Part shown: piece by piece, positions 8,571 through 15,334 of the stretch
Position numbering within the stretch: position 1 is the first letter of the stretch
Layout: each line of letters starts with the position of its first letter
DNA from: a virus
Lineage: Duplodnaviria > Caudoviricetes
Strand: one strand, 5' to 3'
Length of the DNA stretch: 39,962 bases
Virus record (IMG/VR): IMGVR_UViG_3300031452_000172
Span: 1 to 39,962 of that record
Position numbers and translations under genes: made by a program
Notes under the pieces: generated by a model
The model's database searches: none
Told to the model about the DNA's origin: nothing
Seen by the model: only the letters and a program-made list of their open reading frames with translations

Positions 8571-8837
8571 TCAGCTCGGCGTAACGCGTCCATCGTCGAT
8601 ACGGCGCTCCGCTGTGGCGCATGCCCAGGCCTGCAGCGCGGCGTGCAAGGCGCTCATGGCCATGGCGATGATCTCGGCCTCGTCTTCCGCGTCGACCACC
8701 ATGATCTCCACCTCGGCGCTCGCGCTCGGCCCCTCCAGCGTGAAATCCACGGAGAAGATGTCGTCTTGGTGGTCGGCCTGATCCGCCTCGATCCGCTCCA
8801 GCTTGATCACGCCATAGGTCCAGTTCCCGTCCGCCAT
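8571..8837 (-). CDS. Small acidic hypothetical protein (88 aa)
   Basis: AGGGAGG RBS plus ATG at 8837; strong GC3 codon bias. Confidence 0.65.
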   Translation of the reverse strand: MADGNWTYGVIKLERIEADQADHQDDIFSVDFTLEGPSASAEVEIMVVDAEDEAEIIAMAMSALHAALQAWACATAERRIDDGRVTPS

Positions 8838-8985
8838 GGCGGCCTCCCTTCTGTCGTTCACTCATTCCCGGCATTGCCGGCGCACCTGGTCCCCACCTGT
8901 CGCGCCGGCCGCCGTTCCGTTCGCTCTTCGTGCTCCTCGCGTCAGCCCTTCGATGGAATCCACCATCACAAAAGGAGCGTCGCGA

Positions 8986-9408
8986 ATGCGCGACAAGTCG
9001 TCGTTCCACATCGTCTGGAGCAAGGGCGCCAAGGCCATGTCTGAAGTGATCGGGCTTGAGGTCCGCACGATATGCCGCCGCGCGGCCGAGCCGGTCCGAC
9101 CCGGGGAGAGCATCAAGACGCAACTCCGCCGGGCCTGGTCGAACCTGGAACGCCCACCGTTCTGGCGGCTGCGGAGCGGGTGGTACGGCGAGGGCGGCGG
9201 CTGGTCCGCCGCGGCCGTGGCCGATTTTCAGCGACGCTACCTCGCCATGGCGGAGCGCCACGCCAGGCGCGCCGCCGAGGCCCAAGCCATCGAACGAGCG
9301 AAGAGAGGTGGCCGAGGCCCCTCCGAAGCGGAGCAAGCCGTTGTCGAATACCGGACCTTGGTCGCCAGGATCGAAGCCATCGAGGCCGCCCTTCGCGTTC
9401 GGCCCTAG
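8986..9408 (+). CDS. CII-like phage regulatory protein
   Basis: AAGGAG RBS; lies between cro and the replication gene; GESIKTQLRRAW...WYGE motif. Confidence 0.5.
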   Translation: MRDKSSFHIVWSKGAKAMSEVIGLEVRTICRRAAEPVRPGESIKTQLRRAWSNLERPPFWRLRSGWYGEGGGWSAAAVADFQRRYLAMAERHARRAAEAQAIERAKRGGRGPSEAEQAVVEYRTLVARIEAIEAALRVRP

Positions 9409-9539
9409 GACATGGCTGGCGCTGCGGGTGATGAAATGGGCCGCGTGGCTGGCCCGCACGATCGCGCCTTGGGTTGTCCCGAAAGACGGGGGCACCCCGT
9501 GAGCCAGATCGTGCGCCTCGAATCGCGAGGTGGTGCCGC

Positions 9540-11900
9540 TTGAGCCTGGGGATCGATCCACAGCAAGGACGGGATGCCGCTTATGCGCGCGCCGCACTCG
9601 ACCGCGAGTGCGAGCGCGTGATCAGTGCTGGGCACGGACGAAACGAACAGCTGAACAAGTCGGGCTTCTCCCTTGGTCAGTTGATCGGCGGGGGTGTGCT
9701 GCAGCGGCACGAGGTCGAGCATCGGCTCTATACCGCCGCAGAAGCATCCGGATACGTCGCGAAGGATGGTCCGCTTGCGGCCAGATCCACCATTAAGAGC
9801 GGCATCGACAAGGGCGAGCGCGAGCCCCGCACTACGCCCGTCAACGGACTCAGGCCGGTCGTCCCGACACCCTCGATCAAAAAGCCTGCGCCGAAATTGT
9901 CGGACGTGCCGGTCCCGGACTGGACCGCGCCAGGCCAGGACGGCAAGCCCAAGTTCATCAGCTTCGGCAAACCCGAGCCGATGCGGTTCGACGACGAGTC
10001 GCGGCGGCACCTTTACATGCGGGACGGCGACGCGGTTCGGGTCAAGGTCAAGAACGCCGCCGGGGGGTTCGTCGACTGGTATCGCGTGCGGCGGCCCACC
10101 GACGGCGCGGTCGGGTGGCAGGCCCACAAGCCTGACGGCTACGTTCCGGTGCCGTACCTGCCGGCCGGGGCGCGCAACCCTTTCGCGATCGAGAGGCGGG
10201 GTGAAGTGCTGGTCTGGTCCGAAGGCGAGAAGGACGCCGACGCGCTACACGCACATGGGTTCCTGACCTTCACCTTCGGCGGGACGTCCGACGTGCCGGA
10301 CGTTTCAGGCTTGTTGGAGGGGCACTACGTCCTCATAGCGGCCGACAACGACGAGCCCGGGCAGAAGGCGGTCCCGCGCAAAGTCGAAGCGGCGTTGAAG
10401 GCCGAAGCCGCCTCGATCAAGGTGGTCCGCTTTCCCGAGTTGCCCACCGGTGGCGACGTCGCGGATTTTTTCGAGGGTGGCGGCTCGGCAGAAGATTTCC
10501 TCGAGCGGGCCGAGGCAATCGATCCCGGAACGTGGCGCGGGACCGCCGAGCCTGAGCCGCTCGACGACCTGGAGCAGCTGAACCGGGATTTCTGTGTCGT
10601 CCTCGACGGGGGCCGCTCCCGGGTACTCCACTTCGAAGAGCAGCGGCAGGAGAAGCACAAACGACAGGTCGCCAGCTTCCTGTCGTTCGAGGATTTCCGC
10701 AATTATCACATGAACCGCTTCGTCCAGGTGGGCGACAAGAAGATGCCGCTCGGCCACTGGTGGCTGCGCCACCCGGAGCGGCGGCAGTATCGCGGCCTGA
10801 CGTTCAAGCCGGGATCGGAACACGAGATCGACGGGCGCCTGAACCTGTGGCGCGGATGGGGAGTGCAGCCCAGGGCGGGCGATTGGTCGCGCATGAAGGC
10901 GCATATCCGCGAGGTCCTGGCCGACGGGAGCAGCGCATCGGCCACCTACATCATGAGGTGGATCGCCTGGACGGTTCAGCACCCGGCCGAGCGAGCGCAA
11001 GCGGCCTTGGTGTTCAAGGGAATGAAGGGCACAGGCAAGGGCACGCTGGGCAACGCCCTATGCCGGATCTTCGGCCAGCACGGCACTCACATCTCAACGG
11101 CCGAGCACTTGGCGGGCCGGTTCAACGGGCACCTTCGGGACGCCTGCTTCCTGTTCGCCGACGAAGCCTATTGGCCGGGCGACAAGGGAGCCGAGGGGTC
11201 GCTCAAGCGGCTGGTGACCGAGCCGGATCTCTTCATCGAGGCCAAGGGCAAGGACGGCATCACGGTGCCGAACATGCTGCACGTGATGATGGCGTCGAAC
11301 GACGACTGGGTGGTGCCGGCCGGCGAAGACGAGCGGCGCTATGCGGTGTTCGCGGTCAGCGACGCTCGTAAGCAGGAGGAAGCTTGGTTCGGACCGCTGA
11401 ACGCCGAGATGGAGAACAGCGGCTACGAGGCCATGCTGTTCGACCTCATCGGCCTTGAGCTCAGCGACTGGCACCCACGGCGGATCCTGCGGACCGAGGC
11501 TCTCCTGGAACAACAGAGCCGCGGCCTCAACGCCGAAGACGCTTGGTGGTGCGAGCTCCTGGAGAACGGTGTGCTTTGGGGTTCCGATCCGAAGCGGCCC
11601 GAGTGTGCTGTGTCGAATGGATGGGAGGAGGAAAGTGAGACCGTAACCAGCACCCGCGTGGTGAAGCGGAAGGGGCTCTATGACCAGGCGCGCGAACTGT
11701 CACCGCGGCTCAAGGGCTACAGCGACCACCTGTTGGCCACCACCCTGGTCAAGCACGGATGCACCAACAATCATCGAGTTCTCCGCCGTCGGGGATGGCA
11801 TTTCCCGGACTTGGCCGAAGCCCGCGCGGCCTGGCAGCTACGCTTCAGGGGGTGGCAGTGGCGCGATCCAGAACTCATCGAATGGCAAAAGGAACCCTGA
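9540..11900 (+). CDS. Primase-helicase (PriCT-like + Toprim + SF3/DUF5906-type helicase)
   Basis: GRNEQLNKSGFSLG (PriCT-like), EGEKDADAL and DNDEPG (Toprim), GMKGTGKGT (Walker A), LFADEA (Walker B); TTG start after GAGGTGG, ORF open from 9474. Confidence 0.88.
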   Translation: MSLGIDPQQGRDAAYARAALDRECERVISAGHGRNEQLNKSGFSLGQLIGGGVLQRHEVEHRLYTAAEASGYVAKDGPLAARSTIKSGIDKGEREPRTTPVNGLRPVVPTPSIKKPAPKLSDVPVPDWTAPGQDGKPKFISFGKPEPMRFDDESRRHLYMRDGDAVRVKVKNAAGGFVDWYRVRRPTDGAVGWQAHKPDGYVPVPYLPAGARNPFAIERRGEVLVWSEGEKDADALHAHGFLTFTFGGTSDVPDVSGLLEGHYVLIAADNDEPGQKAVPRKVEAALKAEAASIKVVRFPELPTGGDVADFFEGGGSAEDFLERAEAIDPGTWRGTAEPEPLDDLEQLNRDFCVVLDGGRSRVLHFEEQRQEKHKRQVASFLSFEDFRNYHMNRFVQVGDKKMPLGHWWLRHPERRQYRGLTFKPGSEHEIDGRLNLWRGWGVQPRAGDWSRMKAHIREVLADGSSASATYIMRWIAWTVQHPAERAQAALVFKGMKGTGKGTLGNALCRIFGQHGTHISTAEHLAGRFNGHLRDACFLFADEAYWPGDKGAEGSLKRLVTEPDLFIEAKGKDGITVPNMLHVMMASNDDWVVPAGEDERRYAVFAVSDARKQEEAWFGPLNAEMENSGYEAMLFDLIGLELSDWHPRRILRTEALLEQQSRGLNAEDAWWCELLENGVLWGSDPKRPECAVSNGWEEESETVTSTRVVKRKGLYDQARELSPRLKGYSDHLLATTLVKHGCTNNHRVLRRRGWHFPDLAEARAAWQLRFRGWQWRDPELIEWQKEP

Positions 11901-11968
11901 ATGTTCCGCTGTGTCACTTCCCCGCCCAAAGCGGCTCGCAGTAAACCACTGAAATTGCTCAAAATATC

Positions 11969-12151
11969 CGCTTGTGTCGCTTGTGACGCATGCGCGCGCA
12001 TGTTCGCCAGGGTTTTGCGCGGGCTTGCTGCCCTGAGTTTTTCAGGATGTTTCCCTTCTCTTTTACTTCTAAGAGACACAAGAGAAACAAGAGGAACAAG
12101 ACAGCGATTTCAAATAGTTGGACCGTTCCGCTTTTGGTTCGCTTGTGACGC
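11969..12151. repeat. Iteron-like 9-bp repeats; candidate replication origin
   Basis: CGCTTGTGT/CGCTTGTGACGC (11969-11989), AAGAGACAC-AAGAGAAAC-AAGAGGAAC (12071-12097) and CGCTTGTGACGC (12140-12151) around an AT-rich tract. Confidence 0.55.
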
Positions 12152-12169
12152 TCTGGCCAGGACAGCGGC

Positions 12170-12592
12170 ATGAGCGCGCCGATGCCCCGGGGCTTGAACC
12201 GCCAGCCCGACCTTGCCGGGCTGCCGCCGAACATCCTCTCGGCCCTCGCGGCGATCGCCCAAGATCTCAGGCATACGCCGCGCGACTGCTTCGTCGACCG
12301 GGCCGAACTCGTGCACTGGCTCAACCGCCTGGCGCGCCGCGTGGACGGCGTCGCCGCGATCCGGACGCCCATCGCCCCGCCAGCCGTCCGCAGGCCGCCC
12401 ACGGCCTCCGCAGCGCGGCCGCGTCCGGCATCGGCACGGTCCGAAGCCGAAGCCGTGTTCGGCAAGGCCAAGCCCACGAAGTCCCTCACCGCCCCCAGGA
12501 CGATCACCACCCGCAAGGGCCGGTCCGTCCGGGTCGAGACGCGCCGCAGCCGCTGGAAATCGCCGGCGCAAACCGAGCTGGAATTTGGATGA
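12170..12592 (+). CDS. Phage hypothetical protein
   Basis: 140 aa, AGGA RBS, ATGA overlap with the next gene. Confidence 0.55.
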   Translation: MSAPMPRGLNRQPDLAGLPPNILSALAAIAQDLRHTPRDCFVDRAELVHWLNRLARRVDGVAAIRTPIAPPAVRRPPTASAARPRPASARSEAEAVFGKAKPTKSLTAPRTITTRKGRSVRVETRRSRWKSPAQTELEFG

Positions 12593-13206
12593 GCACCACG
12601 AAGGCACCACCCGCCGACCCCACAGCGTTCCGGGCGTTCATGCAGGCCCGCAGGGGCGCGAAGGGCAAGAGGGCGCAACCGGAGCGGCCGGCACCGCTCG
12701 TCAAGCCCACCGACGAGCGGCTTGAGAAGAACGATCGGCCACGCAAGACGGACGGTGGGTTCTATCGTGCGCCGGCGCCGATCGAGCGGCTCCGCGACCA
12801 CCGCAAGTTGGACCCGCTGCCCCACGTCAACGAGGCCATGTTCCAGGCCGCGGGCAAGCTCTATTCCGTGTTCTATCTCGGCGGTCTCGGCGGTATCGCG
12901 GCTCAGGACCTCAGCCGATGCGTCGGTGGCGGCGATGGCGGTTCATGCGGGTTCCCGCGCAACGAGCGGGCCATGCACAACCGTCAGGTCTTTCGCGAGG
13001 CCGTCAGGATCATGGGGTGGCACGAAGCCTTCCCGCACCGCGGCGCGGCCCGGCTCGTCGTCGACGTAATCTGCTTCGACATGGCGATCCGCGACGCCTC
13101 CCGCATCCACATCCCGCTCGGCCGAACCGAGGTCAGTACCGCGGCCGGGATGGATCGTCTCCGCGAGGGCCTGTTCGCCCTGGCATCTCACTGGCGCCTG
13201 TTCTGA
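12589..13206 (+). CDS. Putative late-gene regulator / Q-like antiterminator (DUF6456-like)
   Basis: Occupies the Q position after replication; C-terminal LVVDVICFD...LREGLFALASHW resembles alphaproteobacterial phage DUF6456 proteins. Confidence 0.6.
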   Translation: MSTTKAPPADPTAFRAFMQARRGAKGKRAQPERPAPLVKPTDERLEKNDRPRKTDGGFYRAPAPIERLRDHRKLDPLPHVNEAMFQAAGKLYSVFYLGGLGGIAAQDLSRCVGGGDGGSCGFPRNERAMHNRQVFREAVRIMGWHEAFPHRGAARLVVDVICFDMAIRDASRIHIPLGRTEVSTAAGMDRLREGLFALASHWRLF

Positions 13207-13216
13207 GGAAACCACC

Positions 13217-13807
13217 GTGACTGAAAAAACTATAACGATCCCCGAAATCAACCTGCAGAGTATGGTCGTGTCGATCGTCGGCAGGACCCCGCTGCTCACC
13301 AACCGGTTCAGCGAAAAGTCGATTGAGCAAATCGAGGACAAGCAGCAGCACCGGGCCAAGGTCGCCAAGGAGGCGCGCAACCCAGAGGCCGAGTTCAGGG
13401 ACGCGGCGCACCTGATCTCCCCGGGCGTCTACGGGTTCCCTGCGGTCGGCATCAAGAAAGCACTTGTGGCGGCCGGCGGCCGTTTCGCCGACGAGAAGAT
13501 GACCCACCTACGGGGCGTCATCAACGTCATGGGCGACCTTATCCCGATCGTCGGCCCGGCACCGACCATGCGCAGCGACACGATCCGGCTGCAGGGGTCG
13601 AAAAGCAGCTTGGCCTATCGGCCGCAGTTCTCGCCGTGGGCCATGGACGTGCCGATCGTCTTCAACGCCGGGATCATCGGCCAGGCGCAGATCCTGAACC
13701 TGTTCCAGATCGCAGGTTTCTCCGTCGGCATCGGCGCGTGGCGTCCCGAATGCAACGGTACCTTTGGGCAATTCGCCCTCAACGAGTCGGCCGCCCTTGC
13801 GGCTTGA
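13217..13807 (+). CDS. Stand-alone RAMP/Cas7-like RNA-binding protein (Vipr-like)
   Basis: Beta1 VSIVGRTPLL, FPAVGIKKAL (Cas7 IPGSSxKGAL-like), YRPQFSPW, and C-terminal Gly-rich loop GIGAWRPECNGTFGQF; GAGG RBS. Confidence 0.78.
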   Translation: MTEKTITIPEINLQSMVVSIVGRTPLLTNRFSEKSIEQIEDKQQHRAKVAKEARNPEAEFRDAAHLISPGVYGFPAVGIKKALVAAGGRFADEKMTHLRGVINVMGDLIPIVGPAPTMRSDTIRLQGSKSSLAYRPQFSPWAMDVPIVFNAGIIGQAQILNLFQIAGFSVGIGAWRPECNGTFGQFALNESAALAA

Positions 13808-13811
13808 CGCA

Positions 13812-13874
13812 CCCTAAGCACAGTGGATCAACGAACAGCACGCCATCGCTCACCGTACCTATCCAAAGCACAGT
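13812..13874 (+). ncRNA. Pentameric (ASC-NN) array 1; candidate guide RNA
   Basis: 13 triplets at 5-nt spacing: CCC AGC AGT ATC CGA AGC GCC CGC ACC ACC TCC AGC AGT; begins 5 nt after the RAMP stop; strand inferred. Confidence 0.6.
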
Positions 13875-13903
13875 ATGATCCATGCTTGCGAGGGTTATCG
13901 TTA

Positions 13904-13966
13904 CACCTAGCTTCGCATAGCAAACCGGAGCCTGCCGGAGTCAACCGGATCGCACCACACCAAAGC
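13904..13966 (+). ncRNA. Pentameric (ASC-NN) array 2; candidate guide RNA
   Basis: 13 triplets at 5-nt spacing: CAC AGC CGC AGC ACC AGC GCC AGT ACC ATC ACC ACC AGC; strand inferred. Confidence 0.68.
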
Positions 13967-13988
13967 AAATAACTGGCATGGGTATTGG

Positions 13989-14774
13989 ATGATAGCGCTG
14001 ATAAGTCTTCGCGAATATTTCGCAGCGGCCGGCTCCTCCTTCACCAAGGAGGATGCCGAGGTCATCGGTCCCCATATCGAGACGCTAGCCGAAGAGGGCG
14101 ACGCCAGCGAGCGCCGGGTTGTCGATGTCGCGCGATCGTCGAATTCCCCGCTCCACACCTATTTCGATTGGAACGACGAGTCGGCAGCCGACCGGTTCCG
14201 GCTGCATCAGGCCGGCACGATGCTGCGCTCGATCCGTGTCAGGTTCATCGAGAACGACCGCCCGCGCACGGCTCCCGCCTACAGGATCGCCAGGACGCAG
14301 CCGAAGTCGGCCTTCACCCGCGGCCACAACGTGCTGCACGGGCAATCGGCCGCGGCCGTCACCAAGGCCAAAGACGCCTTCGACGAACTGACCGCCTGGC
14401 GCGCTCGCTACGCGCCCTTCGTCGCCATCTGGCAGGATTTCGCACAGACCTTCCGTGGGGTCGCGAATCAGATCGGGGAGGCCGAGGACATCGTGAACAC
14501 GGCCGGTCTCGACGACCGGACCGACCTCGCTTTGACCGAGTTGCAGGTGTGCCTGTCGGCTGTGAGCGCATGGCGTGAGAAGTACGCTGCGACCTCGAGC
14601 GAATGGGCATCGCTTAGCGAGCAGGCCGCGTTCATGCAGACGGCGATCGACGAAGCCATGCGCGTGTTCACCGACGTGCAGAAGGCGGCCGAGCGGCCGT
14701 GCCTGCGGTGTGGGAAGGCGTTTCAAAGCAGCGGGCAGGAAAACCGGTTGTGCGAGCGGTGCGGGACGAAGTAG
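13989..14774 (+). CDS. RAMP-associated protein with C-terminal Zn ribbon
   Basis: VVDVARSSNSPLHTYFDWNDESAADRFRLHQAG motif; CLRC-x13-CERC at the C-terminus. Confidence 0.75.
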   Translation: MIALISLREYFAAAGSSFTKEDAEVIGPHIETLAEEGDASERRVVDVARSSNSPLHTYFDWNDESAADRFRLHQAGTMLRSIRVRFIENDRPRTAPAYRIARTQPKSAFTRGHNVLHGQSAAAVTKAKDAFDELTAWRARYAPFVAIWQDFAQTFRGVANQIGEAEDIVNTAGLDDRTDLALTELQVCLSAVSAWREKYAATSSEWASLSEQAAFMQTAIDEAMRVFTDVQKAAERPCLRCGKAFQSSGQENRLCERCGTK

Positions 14775-14859
14775 ATACGAAAATCCGAGGGGCTTGATTT
14801 CCGCTCGCGGCCAAAGCGTATCTCGCGCTATGCCAAGCGGCAAGCATGGAGACCTAGAT

Positions 14860-15129
14860 ATGGCAAGTTACAATGCGGCGATAGGGACAATGATTGGAGC
14901 TAAATTCGATCCTGATCGAGCAAATGTGCGCCACTTCGAGGCCGCGTCTGACGATCATGCGACGGAAACGATGTGGCTTTGGGTTAGGACATTACCTTTG
15001 TTGTTGGTTCCTTCATCTCCTACTCACGTAAGACTAAGAGAAGTGGTTACGGCAACGGATCGGCGTCTAGTGAATACATGGCCACTTCCAGATCAGTCGG
15101 AAACTCAGACCGATGCCGACCGGACCTAA
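14860..15129 (+). CDS. Small hypothetical protein (89 aa, AT-richer moron)
   Basis: GGAGA RBS plus ATG at 14860; atypical codon usage. Confidence 0.5.
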   Translation: MASYNAAIGTMIGAKFDPDRANVRHFEAASDDHATETMWLWVRTLPLLLVPSSPTHVRLREVVTATDRRLVNTWPLPDQSETQTDADRT

Positions 15130-15160
15130 AGGCTAGAAGCACCCCGCCAACGTGACGCCG

Positions 15161-15190
15161 CTTGCATTTGGAAACGAGTTATGCCTCTAT
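15161..15190 (+). promoter_or_regulatory. Putative late (pR'-like) promoter
   Basis: CTTGCA-N17-CCTCTAT resembles alphaproteobacterial CTTG..-N17/18-CTATAT promoters. Confidence 0.45.
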
Positions 15191-15213
15191 GCAGGCAAGT
15201 TCAGGAATTCCGC

Positions 15214-15250
15214 ACGGCGCCGCGACCATCGCAGGCGCCGTTGTCGTTTC
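15214..15250 (+). terminator. Hairpin with weak U-tract just downstream of the putative late promoter (tR'-like)
   Basis: ACGGCGCC-GCGA-cca-TCGC-a-GGCGCCGT followed by TGTCGTTTC. Confidence 0.5.
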
Positions 15251-15258
15251 TGAGCTGA

Positions 15259-15316
15259 AGCAATGTCAAGCTCGGCCAGTCGAAGCGTCGTCTGGCGAAC
15301 CGAACCGGACCAAAGC
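15259..15316 (+). ncRNA. Pentameric (ASC-NN) array 3 in the leader of the sigma gene
   Basis: 12 triplets at 5-nt spacing: AGC TGT AGC GGC GTC AGC CGT GGC ACC ACC ACC AGC; ends in CCAAAGC as found at or near the end of arrays 1 and 2. Confidence 0.55.
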
Positions 15317-15334
15317 GTAAGCCGAGGCCAGCCG

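Noticed and set aside
11016-11054. Self-target of array 2 at the helicase Walker A codons
   Set aside because: Only 6 of 13 dinucleotides match; not distinguishable from chance.
13808-13988. Canonical CRISPR array next to the Cas7-like gene
   Set aside because: No 25-40 bp repeats with spacers; the only longer exact repeat is AAGCACAGT (13816, 13866). The structure is period-5 instead.
14800-14845. Fourth pentamer array around CCAAAGCGTA (14811-14820, identical to 15310-15319)
   Set aside because: The 5-nt phase holds for only about three units; could be a remnant or coincidence.
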